The notes under the pieces: generated by a model
What the model was told of the DNA's origin: nothing
Databases searched by the model: none
Seen by the model: only the letters and a program-made list of their open reading frames with translations
In this document: one piece after another, positions 53,235 to 63,760 of the stretch
How positions within the stretch are numbered: position 1 is the stretch's first letter
Layout of the letters: the number at the start of each line of letters is the position of its first letter
Assembly: GCA_963833985.1 (NCBI GenBank)
Contig: CAWIAD010000002.1
Coordinates: 3,296,001 to 3,360,000 of the forward strand
Source: an uncultured Planctomycetaceae bacterium
GTDB taxonomy: Bacteria; Planctomycetota; Planctomycetia; Isosphaerales; Isosphaeraceae
Direction: 5' to 3'
DNA length: 64,000 nt
Position numbers and translations under genes: made by a program

Positions 53235-54170
53235 ATGACGACGACCGCGACCATCCGGCAACCCTCCCTGCACGTGGCCTGGCCATCGGTGATCTGGATT
53301 GGCGCCATGCACGCGGGAGCGTTGCTCGTCTTCGTGCCGTCCTACTTTAGCTGGTCAGGCGTGCTGGTCTGCCTGTTCCTGCACTGGCTGACTGGCGGCA
53401 TCGGCATCTGCATGATCTATCACCGCCTGCTGACGCATCGCAGCTTCACGCTGCGTCCGCGCTGGCTCGAGTACCCGTTAACGGCCATTGGAGCGATGGC
53501 CTCGGAGGGGGGTGCGATCGGCTGGGTCGCCGACCATCGCCGCCATCACGCGCACTCGGACGATGAGAATGACACGCACACGCCGGTTCAGGGTTTTCTG
53601 TGGGCTCACATGGTGTGGTGGATGCTTGTGGAGGAGTCCTCCAACCATAGCCTGGAATACTACGACCGGTGGGCGCCGGACCTGAACCGCGACCCGGTAC
53701 ACCGCTGGCTCGACCGTTACCACTTCGCTTTTCCGCTGGCGCTTTTTGGGCTCTTGTACTACCTGGGCGGCATGAGCTGGCTGGTCTGGGGCGGTTTCTT
53801 CCGGACCATCTTCGTGTTGCACACGACCTGGCTGGTCAATTCGGCCAGTCACATCTGGGGCTACCGCTCTCACCCCACGCGTGACAAGTCCACGAACCTC
53901 TGGTGGGTGGCATTGCTCACCTATGGAGAGGGATGGCACAACAACCACCACGCGTTTCAGACCTCGGCGCGACACGGCCTGGACTGGTGGGAGATCGATC
54001 CGACCTACCTGGTCATCAAGCTCCTCTCGTTCGTCGGTGTGGCGGGCAACATCAAGCTGCCGAAGATCACCCGGAAGTCGCTGGCTGCCGACGCCCTCGT
54101 GACGGCAGGCGGCGAGAACGCGGACGCGCTGGTGGACGATCCGAACCAGTTCGTTCCCACCGAGGTGTGA
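53235..54170 (+). CDS. Membrane fatty-acid (acyl-CoA/acyl-lipid, delta-9 type) desaturase
   Basis: Three His boxes HRLLTH, HRRHH, HNNHH; GEGWHN. Confidence 0.95.
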   Translation: MTTTATIRQPSLHVAWPSVIWIGAMHAGALLVFVPSYFSWSGVLVCLFLHWLTGGIGICMIYHRLLTHRSFTLRPRWLEYPLTAIGAMASEGGAIGWVADHRRHHAHSDDENDTHTPVQGFLWAHMVWWMLVEESSNHSLEYYDRWAPDLNRDPVHRWLDRYHFAFPLALFGLLYYLGGMSWLVWGGFFRTIFVLHTTWLVNSASHIWGYRSHPTRDKSTNLWWVALLTYGEGWHNNHHAFQTSARHGLDWWEIDPTYLVIKLLSFVGVAGNIKLPKITRKSLAADALVTAGGENADALVDDPNQFVPTEV

Positions 54171-54324
54171 GCTGAGCCAGGGCCTGCGGGTCTGCCTGGT
54201 GGCGTGGCGGTGCGGCCGGTTCTGTTCCGGGACGATCGTGTGTCGATCCGCCCCGCGCACGCTTCGCCGGCCTTGTCATCGGCCGGGCCGCCGACCAAGA
54301 TGGTAGTGACAGTTCAGTCAGGAT

Positions 54325-54758
54325 GCGGCCCTAGCTCAACGGCAGAGCAGGGGACTCATCAGATTCTCAAAGGTGCCGCCGGCGGGAAAGCCTCCGGATG
54401 TGAACCGGGTGAATTGCGGGAAACCTAAACCCTGATCGTGGCCGATGTGGAATGGCCGGGTGCCGCGTGAGGAACGCGGCCTCGGTCGCCGCAGGCGTGC
54501 TCGGGGCACGGCAATCCGCAGCCAAGCCTGGCCGGGCTCTGGTGGCCAGGAAGGTTCAGAGACTAGCGAAGTGAGCCCCAACAATAATCTTCGCCATGAG
54601 CGCCCGGCCTCCTCGGGTTGGTTCAGCGTGCGGTTGCGGTCGGAACACGACGGACCGGCTTGCCAGGCCACTCGTTGGGGGATGAGATAGTCCAAGCCTC
54701 GTGGAAACGCGAGGGCCCTTGAATCCCTTGGTTGCAGGTTCGAATCCTGCGGGCCGCA
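54325..54758 (+). tRNA. tRNA-Ile2 (CAU anticodon), two exons 54325-54359 and 54722-54758; CCA not encoded
   Basis: Joined exons fold to a cloverleaf: GCGGCCC/GGGCCGC-A acceptor, GCUC/GAGC D-stem, GGGGA-CUCAUAA-UCCCU anticodon arm, GCAGG-UUCGAAU-CCUGC T-arm. Ile2 rather than Met is inferred from resemblance to enterobacterial Ile2. Confidence 0.9.
54360..54721 (+). ncRNA. Group I self-splicing intron (362 nt, no ORF)
   Basis: Exon ends in U, intron ends in G; GUG guide (54373-75) pairs with CAU; P AAUUGCGGGAAA, Q AAUCCGCAGC, R GUUCAGAGACUA, S GAGAUAGUCC; P3 CCGGGUG/CGCCCGG; P9 CCUCGUG-GAAA-CGCGAGG. Confidence 0.95.
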
Positions 54759-54825
54759 TTTGCCGTGGTTGCTCACGCCTGAGAGAACGGGGAGTGCCGG
54801 GTCGGCCGACGGGCGGAAAAAGTGC

Positions 54826-56919
54826 ATGGCTGATCTCGATCCCATCCCGTTCGCGGACGAGAATCCGCGCAGCGCGACGGACGCCGCCATCGCGGCTCCG
54901 GCCAGGAGCAGAGACTTGCCGCGGGCTGCCGCCTGGGAGGCCCCGCGCTGGGCGGGCCCTGTCGCGGCCGTCCTCTGCCTCTTCACCCTTGGCCTGGGGC
55001 ATGACCTGGCCATCTGGAGGGGCATGGGGGGACTGGAGGAGGTGACCGGCCCGTGGCCCATCTGGCGCGACGACCATCCCCTGTACTATCACAGTGCCCT
55101 GGTGACCCGAGCATTTCTTGATCGATCCGGGATGACGGCCGGGTACGACCCCGCGTTCATGGCGGGTTATGCCAAGAGCGTGGTCTTTCCGTCGTCCTCG
55201 ACTCTTCCCGAAGTCGTCCTCTGGGCGTTTCGCGGTGTCCGCCCGGAGCTTGCGTACAAGCTTTACGTGCTGGTTTCGGCCGCGGCAGTCCCCTGGCTGG
55301 TGGCCCTGGCCGCGGGGTGCTGGGGCCTGCGGGCGCGGGGCGTGGCGCTGGCGGTGCTGCTTTTTCTGCTTTACGTCTGGACCGATTTCCCGATCAACTA
55401 CGCGGGGTTCGGCATGCTGCCGTATTTCTTGGGAATCCCGCTTGGCTTGCTGTCCGCGGGGGTCTTCGCGAACTATCTGGTCCGTGGCGGAATCGGCCGC
55501 TGGCTGGCCGCGGCGATCCTCATGAGCCTGAGCGTGATGGTGCACCTGACCGCAGCGATGGTTGTGGTGCCCGCGGCAGCTCTGGCCTACGGGGCCGCGC
55601 TGCGCACCGGCCGTCCGCTCGCCAGCGGGTTGCGCAGGCCGGCCCGGCGGTCCTGGCCGAGCGCGTCCGCTGGGGAACGAGCAGCGCAGGGGGCTGCGGC
55701 TCGGGCGGCACCTGGGCACGTTGAGCTTGCCACTGGTCGTTCTGGCCGGCAACGCCTTCTGGTGGCTGCCAGGGCTCTGGCTGGCGGAGACCAAGGGAAC
55801 CAGTGACTTCGCGTTCGCTCACTCGTCCGAGGGAGTTGTGCGCCGCCTGATCCAGATCTTCACGGTGGAGGCTCCGGTCGAGTCTTTGCTCATTGCCGTG
55901 GGCCTGCCCGGGTTGATGGTGCTGACGCGGCGGTGTGGTGTCCGGGGTGCTGCGATCGCGGGCTTCTGGGTGGCGGGCGCGTTCTGGGGATATTTCGCCG
56001 GGGGATTCCGGGCCCTCGATTTCCTGCAACCGGGCCGGCATACCTACGCCTGCTACACGGCCCTGGCCCTGGCGGCCGGCGCCAGCATCGACGCGATCTT
56101 GCTGAAGCTCCGCGGCAGGGCCGAGCAGGGTTTGCGGCTGGATCGCTGGGCGCTGGCGGCGATGCTGATCGTCACCCTGCGGATGACGGGGTTGCCGCTC
56201 GTCGAGTCGGTCCGCGATCGGGTCTGGGCCGGTGTGCCATTTCTCTCCAGCCGCCCGTCGCCGCGGCTCCTCTGGGTGATCAGCCGGGTGCAGGCCCATG
56301 TGAAGCCGGGGGAGCGGCTGCTTTACGAGGAGGGGGGAAAGGACCTGGCAGGCGTCCCGGACCCATTCGGGCGGGGCCGTTTCAGCGGGCTGTTGCCGGA
56401 GCGAACGGGCGTGGAGCTGATTGGCGGGCCGTACCTGCACGCATCGCTGGCCGCGAACTTCACCCAGTTCGGCGAGGGCGCCCTGTTCGGCGCGTGGACT
56501 GGGACCGCCCTTACTTTGAAAAGTATGCCCGGCTCTACAGGCCCGGTGCCATGCTCTGCTGGAGCCCGCGCGCGCGGCGGTTCTGCCGGTCGAATCCGGA
56601 CCTGATCACGGTGCTGGAGGATGATGGGGCCGTACTCATCGGGCGGGTACACGGGTTCGAGGGCGACGCGATCGAGGGAAGCGCGCGGGTGGTGGCGGAG
56701 CCGGGGCGGCTCCGGGTGCAGGCGATGTCTATCGGGGTTGACGGATCGATTGTGTTGCGATATCACTCCGTCCCGAGTCTGCGGGCCCGGCCATCGATCC
56801 CGCTGGAGCAACGGACGGAGGAAGGGGATCCCGTCCCGTTTATCGCATTGCGGCCGCCTCCAGGTCTCACCGAGGTGGAACTGGAGATGGCAGCCCCCTT
56901 CACGGTTCCGTGGCGATGA
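54826..56919 (+). CDS. Polytopic membrane protein, probably GT-C glycosyltransferase-like; frameshifts near 55670 and 56490
   Basis: RDDHPLYY, GYDPAFMAGY, multiple TM helices and a soluble C-terminal domain spread over ORFs 54760, 55562 and 55933. Confidence 0.7.
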
Positions 56920-58367
56920 AGTGGTGGTTCGAGCACGCGAGGTCAGATCGCGGCGGCGCACGGATCAATCGATATCCTGCGTGGCTTTCTCCAGGGAGGG
57001 AGTATGCCGTGCTAGAGAACGGCTCCGTAGCGCGACGTCGCCCACTGGATCGGTATTCTTACCACGTCTTCTGGGCCCTCTGGGCCACGATCGTGGTCAT
57101 TGCGGCTGCCTTCTACTACCCCAAGGCCGCCGATCACCGCAGTGCCTTCGTGCGCTGGAGGCCCCAGGTTGTCAAATTCTGGGAGGGAATCAACGTTTAT
57201 GACAAGATGCTTTTTCCCAACCCGCCGATCTTGCCCATCACGCTCGGGCCGTTGATGTCGCTGCCGCCGGTGGCGGGGGCGATGACCTGGTTCGCCATCA
57301 AGGTGGCGCTCACAACGGTGGCATTGTGGCTCTGCATGGGCTTCGTGAGAATCCGCGAGGGGCCGTTTCCGCCCTTCTTCCTGAGTGCGGTGTTACTTCT
57401 GAGCTTGCGGCCGATCGTGGGAGATCTTCATCACGGCAACATCAACCTGCTGATCCTGTTCTTGATCGTGGCGATGTTCCAGGCCTGGCGTCAGGGTTAC
57501 GACGTCTTGGCGGGCTTGCTGCTGGGCCTGGCGATCTCGTACAAGGTGACGCCCGCGCTGTTTGTGCCGTATTTCCTTTACAAGAGGTCCTGGCGGACCG
57601 TCGGCGCGACGTGTCTGGGTCTGGGGATGTTCCTGCTGGTGGTACCGAGCCTGATTGTGGGGTTCCGGTTCAATCTCGACTGCCTGATCATGTGGTGGCA
57701 CCGCATGCTTACGCCGTTCCTGGTCGAGGGGAATACCAGTCCCCAGGAGATCAACCAGTCGATGGTGGGCGTGCTGACCCGGTTGCTGACGGAGATTCCG
57801 CCGGGAACCAACCGATACGACCTGCACATCGACGTGAACGTCGTCTCCTGGCCGCCCCAGGTTGTGAGCTACCTGGTCAAGTGCCTGGCACTTGGGCTGG
57901 TCGGCTTGCTGGCGTTTTTCTGCCGGACGCGGGCAGCGGATCGCCGCGATCCGCGCTATCTGGGAGAGATCGCCCTGGTTGTGCTGACGATGCTCTTCGT
58001 CTCGGAACGGAGCTGGAAGCACCATTTCGTCACCCTGCTGCTGCCGTACGCGTTCCTGGTGCGTGAGCTGTACCTGCCGGCAACCCGGCCGCGTGAGCGG
58101 CTGGCGATCGCCTCCGCCCTGCTGGCCTCTTTCGTGTTCATGGCGACGACCTCCACCGAGTTCGGCGGCTTGTTCGCGGGCGGCCGGGGTCACGAGATCG
58201 CACAGGGTTATGGCATGTTCCTGTGGGCCGCCGTGGTCCTCTACGTGGCGGTCGCCTGGCGGATGCGGTCCAGCGGCAGCGCAACCATGGCGAGGCCGCT
58301 GCCGGGGCCTCACCGGGCGTGGTTGGCTCGCGGGGAAGAAAGGTCGGAAACCCTTGAAGCCCTGTGA
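56916..58367 (+). CDS. GT87 (DUF2029) glycosyltransferase
   Basis: FPNPP, HGNIN, ISYKVTPAL, NQS, SWKHHF. Confidence 0.85.
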   Translation: MKWWFEHARSDRGGARINRYPAWLSPGREYAVLENGSVARRRPLDRYSYHVFWALWATIVVIAAAFYYPKAADHRSAFVRWRPQVVKFWEGINVYDKMLFPNPPILPITLGPLMSLPPVAGAMTWFAIKVALTTVALWLCMGFVRIREGPFPPFFLSAVLLLSLRPIVGDLHHGNINLLILFLIVAMFQAWRQGYDVLAGLLLGLAISYKVTPALFVPYFLYKRSWRTVGATCLGLGMFLLVVPSLIVGFRFNLDCLIMWWHRMLTPFLVEGNTSPQEINQSMVGVLTRLLTEIPPGTNRYDLHIDVNVVSWPPQVVSYLVKCLALGLVGLLAFFCRTRAADRRDPRYLGEIALVVLTMLFVSERSWKHHFVTLLLPYAFLVRELYLPATRPRERLAIASALLASFVFMATTSTEFGGLFAGGRGHEIAQGYGMFLWAAVVLYVAVAWRMRSSGSATMARPLPGPHRAWLARGEERSETLEAL

Positions 58368-58609
58368 AGTGATGGTGGCTTCCGCCCGGAAAGGACTGGC
58401 GCGGAAGCATGCTCGAGGCCGATCAAGAAAGTGCGCAGCTTCACCGGCTTTGGCCCGTTCCATGAGTGAGGAAGAGCCTCACTGCGGGCAACACGCCTGT
58501 CGCTTCTGGCCGGGAACGCGCGATCTGAGCATTCATTTCTGTCTGATGAGTTCGCGTGTACATTGGCCGACGCGTCACGTCAATTTCGGCCGAGGGCCAA
58601 GGAGGGCCT

Positions 58610-59615
58610 ATGAGTCCGTCACATACGCATTCGCCCAGGAAACGCCGCCGGGACCTCACGCTCGAGCCGATGGAGGAGCGCAGGCTCCTGAGTGCCGGGC
58701 AGGGAAGCACGTTCGCCATCCTTTCCGGTTCGATCTCCGCGGCCAAGCAGGTGTCCACGGTGCAGTTTCATATCAACCCAGGTGAATTCACGGCCGGCAA
58801 GGGAGGCAGGATCCTGCTGGGTATCGACGTGGCCGGAAATCCGAGTACGTCCATTCAGCCCCAGATCATTGGCGTGAAGAACTCCCGCGGCGGGTCGGCC
58901 GGGGCGCTCATCCATTCGGTATACTCAAGGCAGATCATCAAGGCCAAGAAGCTTACCAACCCGGTGAGGCTCGGCGGTCATGATCAGCCTGCCGGTGCCG
59001 AAGGCCGGGCAGGTCGCGGCCACCTACACCGTGCAGGTCAGGGCAAGCGGGAACACGACGGGTGACTACCTGCTCGGGTTCTACCTGCCCGGCGACGTCG
59101 CGGGCACGGGCACGGTGACCACGTCAGACCTTCAATCCATCAAGTCGCTGATCGGTACCCAGGCGAGCTCGTCGAGCTATAGCTTCGACGCCGATGTCAA
59201 CCGCGATGGCATCATTGCCCCGGCGGACCTCGCGTTCGCCTCGATGAACCTGAACGCCGGTACGAACGTCAGTCCGATCATCAGCGTCAACCTGAACCCG
59301 ACGGCCGACCCGCTGAATAACCGGATCACCAGCCAGCAGGTGGTGAACTTCACCGGCACGGTCAGCCCCGGGGCGACGGTCAGTTTCAAGGAGATTAACG
59401 GCAACTCGCCGGGCGCCTCGACGACGGCGAATTCCCAGGGGCAGTACAGCATCAATGTGCCCCTGGGCAACGGCTCGAACACGTTCCAGGTGACGACGCT
59501 GGACGGGTTTGGCCAGTCGATCAGCGGCCAGATCTCGCCGGTCACGTACCAGGCGAACCCGCCCCGGGTCGTGAACACGCCGCCTTCCGGCACGAGTACG
59601 ACCACCACCGGTTGA
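58610..59615 (+). CDS. LEPR-XLL-type extracellular protein with dockerin and Ig-like domains; frameshift near 58965
   Basis: RKRRRDLTLEPMEERRLLS; GDVAGTGTVTTSD and ADVNRDGIIAPAD; FTGTVSPGATV...GSNTFQVTTLD. Confidence 0.8.
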
Positions 59616-59676
59616 TCCGGGCGGCGATCAATGCTGCAAGCCAGCCAGAGCCAGTCCGTCCTGGTTGACGATGTGG

Positions 59677-60831
59677 TCAGCCAGGCGGCTGGTTCGGTTC
59701 TTCTGGAGCCCGAGGCAACGAAACGGATGCGGCTGAGATCCGCGGCGCCGGCGAACCCTGTGCGGTGTACCGGAGCAAGGCCTCGAGCGCCGGCCCATCG
59801 CCGATCCGCGAGAGCGCCCAGGCTGCGGCGTCTCGGATCACAGGGTCTTCCTCCTCGTCGGCCAGCCTGCGAACAAGGGCCGGAACCGCTTCAGCAACCA
59901 GGCGGTCGCCGAGCACCAGCGCGGCGTTGCGCACCAGACCCACGCGCCTGGCACGCGCCAGAGCAGTCCCGCGCAGGGCCGCTTTCCAGTCCGCCGGAGC
60001 ACGGTCCAGCCAGGCGATGAGATCCGGATTCGTCCACTCGGGGCGTCCCATGAGCGCCTCCACGCGTCCCACGGGCGCCTTGCGATTCCAGGGACAGACG
60101 TCCTGGCAGACGTCGCACCCGAAGACCCATCCGTGGAGCTCACCGGCGGCCTCCTTGCCAATCGGTCCCCTGTGCTCGATGGTCCAGTAGCTGATGCATT
60201 TGCGGGCGTCAAGCTGGTAGGGGGAAGTCAATGCTTCAGTGGGGCATGCGTCCAGACAGCGCGTGCAGGTGCCGCAATGAGTGGCATGGTGTGGCTCATC
60301 CGTGACAAGCTCGCAATCCAGGAGCAACGCGCCCAGCACCGTGAAGCTGCCCAGGCCGCGGTTGATGAGCATGGTGTTCTTGCCAATCCAGCCGAGGCCG
60401 GCCAGCCGGGCGTAATCGCGCTCCATGAGCGGCGCCGTGTCCGCGACGGCCCGGCCGCGAACGCCGGGCATGTGCACGCGCAGCCACGCCAAAAGCTCCT
60501 CGAGGGTGTTCCAGAGCACACGGTGATAGTCTTGTCCCCTGGCGTATCGCGCGACCATGCCGGCGCTGGGGCTTTGCGGCGTGGGGGCCGGCTCTCCATA
60601 GACCATGGCCGCCACCACGATGCTGCGGACGCCGTCGAGCAGGTTAGCGGGATCACGCCGCGGGTCCGCATGCCGCTCCATGTAGCTCATCCCCGCGGCA
60701 TGACCGGACGCGATCCAGTCGAGGAGTCTTGCATGGCCAGGCGCCGGGACGGCCGGCGCAACGCCCACGCGGTCAAAGCCGAGCCGCAGTGCTTCCGCCT
60801 TGAGGTCTCGTGTCAGGCTGTCGTTGTCCAT
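59677..60831 (-). CDS. queG: Epoxyqueuosine reductase
   Basis: ARYARGQDYH, DTAPLMER, GWIGKN, CGTCTRCLDACPT, CISYWTIE, FGCDVCQDVCPWN. Confidence 0.96.
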   Translation of the reverse strand: MDNDSLTRDLKAEALRLGFDRVGVAPAVPAPGHARLLDWIASGHAAGMSYMERHADPRRDPANLLDGVRSIVVAAMVYGEPAPTPQSPSAGMVARYARGQDYHRVLWNTLEELLAWLRVHMPGVRGRAVADTAPLMERDYARLAGLGWIGKNTMLINRGLGSFTVLGALLLDCELVTDEPHHATHCGTCTRCLDACPTEALTSPYQLDARKCISYWTIEHRGPIGKEAAGELHGWVFGCDVCQDVCPWNRKAPVGRVEALMGRPEWTNPDLIAWLDRAPADWKAALRGTALARARRVGLVRNAALVLGDRLVAEAVPALVRRLADEEEDPVIRDAAAWALSRIGDGPALEALLRYTAQGSPAPRISAASVSLPRAPEEPNQPPG

Positions 60832-60844
60832 GGTCGTCGCGGCA

Positions 60845-61765
60845 TCACGAGCGAAGTCCGCCCCCCAGCGCGCGTGAGTCCTTGACCCCCAGGTTCTCGT
60901 AGATCTGCCGCGTCGCGTCGGAGCGGTTCAGCGTGTAGAAATGGATTCCGCGCACCTGGTTATCCAGCAGGTCGCGGCATTGCTCGGTCGCCCAGTGCAC
61001 GCCCACCCGGGCCACGGCGCGCGAGTCGTCTGCACAGCGTTCGATGGCGCGCTGGAGCCGGGCGGGAATCCGTACTCCCAGCGCCAGCTCCGCAATCCGG
61101 ATCATGGTTTCCCTGGATGTGATCGGCATGATGCCGGCGAGGATGGGAACCCGGATGCCGGCCAGGTCGCAACGTTCCCGGAAATCGTAGAAGTCGGGGT
61201 TACAGAAGAAAAGCTGAGTGCATATGTAATTGGCGCCGGCGTCAACCTTGCGCTTCAGATGGTCCATCTCCTGCAAGCGGTTGGGCGTGCCCGGATGGCC
61301 CTCGGGGAAGCCGGCCACACCGATGCCGAAGCCGCGCGGATCGGCAAGGCTGTTGTGTTCGCGGATGAACTGGACAAGCTGTTCCGCGTACTGGAAGGCG
61401 TCAGCCGAGCGATCGTAGTTCCCCAGGTTCCGGGGAGGATCTCCCCTCAGTGCGAGGATGTTCTCGATGCCCGAGGAGGAATAACGGTCGAGTATGGCTT
61501 CAAGTTCCTCACGGCGATGGCAGACGCAGGTGAGATGGGAAATCGCCGTCAGGTTGGTTTCGCTCTGGATCCGCACTACAAGGTCATGGGTGCGTTCGCG
61601 CGTGGAGCCGCCGGCTCCATAGGTCACCGAGACGAACGCAGGCATGAGCGCCTGCAAGTGGGCGATCGTCTCGAACAGCTCCGCGGACGCCCGATCCGTT
61701 TTCGGCGGGAAGAACTCGAAGCTGAAGGTTGTTGGATGGCCCTGAAAAATGTCGAGTATATGCAT
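60845..61765 (-). CDS. metF: 5,10-methylenetetrahydrofolate reductase
   Basis: FSFEFFPPKT, SVTYGAGGST, LALRGDPP, TQLFF, HFYTLN. Confidence 0.96.
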   Translation of the reverse strand: MHILDIFQGHPTTFSFEFFPPKTDRASAELFETIAHLQALMPAFVSVTYGAGGSTRERTHDLVVRIQSETNLTAISHLTCVCHRREELEAILDRYSSSGIENILALRGDPPRNLGNYDRSADAFQYAEQLVQFIREHNSLADPRGFGIGVAGFPEGHPGTPNRLQEMDHLKRKVDAGANYICTQLFFCNPDFYDFRERCDLAGIRVPILAGIMPITSRETMIRIAELALGVRIPARLQRAIERCADDSRAVARVGVHWATEQCRDLLDNQVRGIHFYTLNRSDATRQIYENLGVKDSRALGGGLRS

Positions 61766-61890
61766 ATGTGTGATCGTCTCACTCTTGAACAGCGATGATA
61801 CGGCGAGCGAGAGCTGCCCCCATAGCATAACCGGGCTGATGCGGTAACGGGAGTCCGAACCGGCCCATGCGCTTGCGCCAGCCGGCCGTG

Positions 61891-62559
61891 TCAGGCGGAG
61901 GAGGTTACTCCTCTTTGGGGACAGAGCTTCGCCAGGGCGCACCGGCTGCACCTTGGTTTGCGGGACAGGCAGACGCTCCGGCCATGCTGGATCAGGCGAT
62001 GGCTCAGGTTCACCCATTCCGAGCGCGGCACCACGGCCATGAGGTCGAGCTCGATCTTGGCGGGAACCTTGTGGCTGCTCAACCCCAGCCGCCAGGCCAG
62101 CCGCTTGACATGGGTGTCAACCACAACGCCGGTTGCGATCTGGAACGCGGTTCCCAGCACCACGTTGGCGGTCTTCCGGCCGACGCCGGCGAGCTGGATC
62201 AGCGTCTCGGCGTCACGCGGAACCTGGCCGTCGAACCGTTCGACCAGGTGCCTGGCCATGCTCTGGATGTTCCGCGCCTTGGACCGGAAAAAACCCGTGG
62301 GACGGATGATCTCTTCCAGCGTCTGCGGCTCACAGCCTGCCATGCTGGCAGCATCCGGGAAGCGATCGAAGAGGCTGTTTGTGACCTGGTTGACTCGAAC
62401 GTCCGTGCACTGAGCCGAGAGGATGGTGGCCACGAGCAGCTCGAAGGGGTTCCGGTGCACCAGGGCGCAGGTTGCCTGGGGATAGAGACGCTTGAGGGCT
62501 CGAACGACCTGGCGGGCATGCGTTCGAGGATCGGCGTCCGGGATCGGTGCTTTGACCAT
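61891..62559 (-). CDS. nth: Endonuclease III
   Basis: LLVATILSAQCTD, GVGRKTANVV, VDTHV, C-x6-C-x2-C-x5-C. Confidence 0.96.
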   Translation of the reverse strand: MVKAPIPDADPRTHARQVVRALKRLYPQATCALVHRNPFELLVATILSAQCTDVRVNQVTNSLFDRFPDAASMAGCEPQTLEEIIRPTGFFRSKARNIQSMARHLVERFDGQVPRDAETLIQLAGVGRKTANVVLGTAFQIATGVVVDTHVKRLAWRLGLSSHKVPAKIELDLMAVVPRSEWVNLSHRLIQHGRSVCLSRKPRCSRCALAKLCPQRGVTSSA

Positions 62560-62833
62560 GATCAGGGTCCTGGGCCGCGGCTCAGCTTCCGGACCGCGAC
62601 GAGTGGCGGAAACTCTTTTCAAGGCCTGAATTGCATTGGCCTTGCCGCCACGCCGTGGCGAACTACAATTCGTTCCGTTGGGTCATTTTCGAGCCGGCGG
62701 AGAAGGCGGGGAACCTGCCCTGCGGATCCCGAGTGTTCGATCGCTGTTCATGGTCCGCCCTGTGACTGCTCATGGGTCGCTGGCGTCACGCAACGTTCCT
62801 GGGTTGGAGCTGGCACTGCTGGCAGTCGGAATC

Positions 62834-63511
62834 ATGGATCACGATCTCGACTTAAGAGAGTTCCACAATATAACAAAGCTCTTCCCGTTACCCAACATCG
62901 TGATGTTTCCGCACGTCGTGCTCCCCCTGCACATCTTCGAGCCGCGGTACCGGCAAATGACCGAGGACGCGCTGGCGGGCGACCGCCTGATCACCATCGT
63001 CCAGATCAGTCCGTCGCCGGAGGGAAAGAACTGGACCGACCCCGTGCCGGTCGAGCCCGTGGGATGCCTGGGGAAGATCATCCAGCACGAGCGGCTGGCC
63101 GACGGCCGCTTTAACCTGCTGCTCCTGGGCTGCAAGCGTGTCCGCCTGCTACGAGAACTTGCAAGCCAGAAACTCTACCGGATCGCCAGGGTGGAAATCG
63201 TGGAAGACGAGCCAGCCTCGCCGCTGGACGCCTCGTCGCGGGTCGAGCTGGTGAAGCTCTTCCGCCAGGTTTTCGAGAGCCAGCAACGGATCGATCCGGA
63301 CCTCGCCGACCTGCTCGAGAAGCCCGTCCCGCTGGGACTGCTTGTGGACATCATGACGTATGCACTGGATTTGCCTCAGGCGCTCAAGCAGGTGCTGCTC
63401 GCCGAGAGCTCTGTGAGTCGACGAATCGAGACGCTCCGGTCGCTGCTTCGGCAGGCCGCCGCCGCCGACAATCCCCGCCGGCCGTTTCCCCCACCCTTCA
63501 GTCTGAACTGA
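62834..63511 (+). CDS. LON peptidase substrate-binding domain protein
   Basis: LFPLPNIVMFP, PLHIFEPRYRQM, DGRFNLLL; no AAA or protease domain. Confidence 0.9.
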   Translation: MDHDLDLREFHNITKLFPLPNIVMFPHVVLPLHIFEPRYRQMTEDALAGDRLITIVQISPSPEGKNWTDPVPVEPVGCLGKIIQHERLADGRFNLLLLGCKRVRLLRELASQKLYRIARVEIVEDEPASPLDASSRVELVKLFRQVFESQQRIDPDLADLLEKPVPLGLLVDIMTYALDLPQALKQVLLAESSVSRRIETLRSLLRQAAAADNPRRPFPPPFSLN

Positions 63512-63760
63512 AGGACAGCCGTGCCGGTTCGTCCCAGCTTGATTTTCTCCGGCGGGCCGCATAGAATACAGAAAGTCAGTCCGAAGTCAAAACCCAGCCT
63601 TGAGTTACGGTTCCCAGGAGTGGCGTGCGGATTGCGGGTTGAGCCGCGTCACGCTGCCGGAACGGGCCACTGCATATTTGGTCTTCCAGAGCGTGTCGCA
63701 TAAGCAGTTCGGAATGACGGCACGCTGTATGTCCTTTCCTGATGTGATGGATTCTCGAGC

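Noticed and set aside
54325..54758. tRNA-fMet call, or a tRNA split by an integrated element
   Set aside because: G1-C72 is paired and the three G-C pairs at 29-31 are missing, so it is not an initiator. The insert has group I core motifs and there is no integrase or att duplication. Elongator Met is not fully excluded
61766..61890. SAM/SAH riboswitch upstream of metF
   Set aside because: I could not find the conserved cores of SAM-I, SAM-II or SAH aptamers
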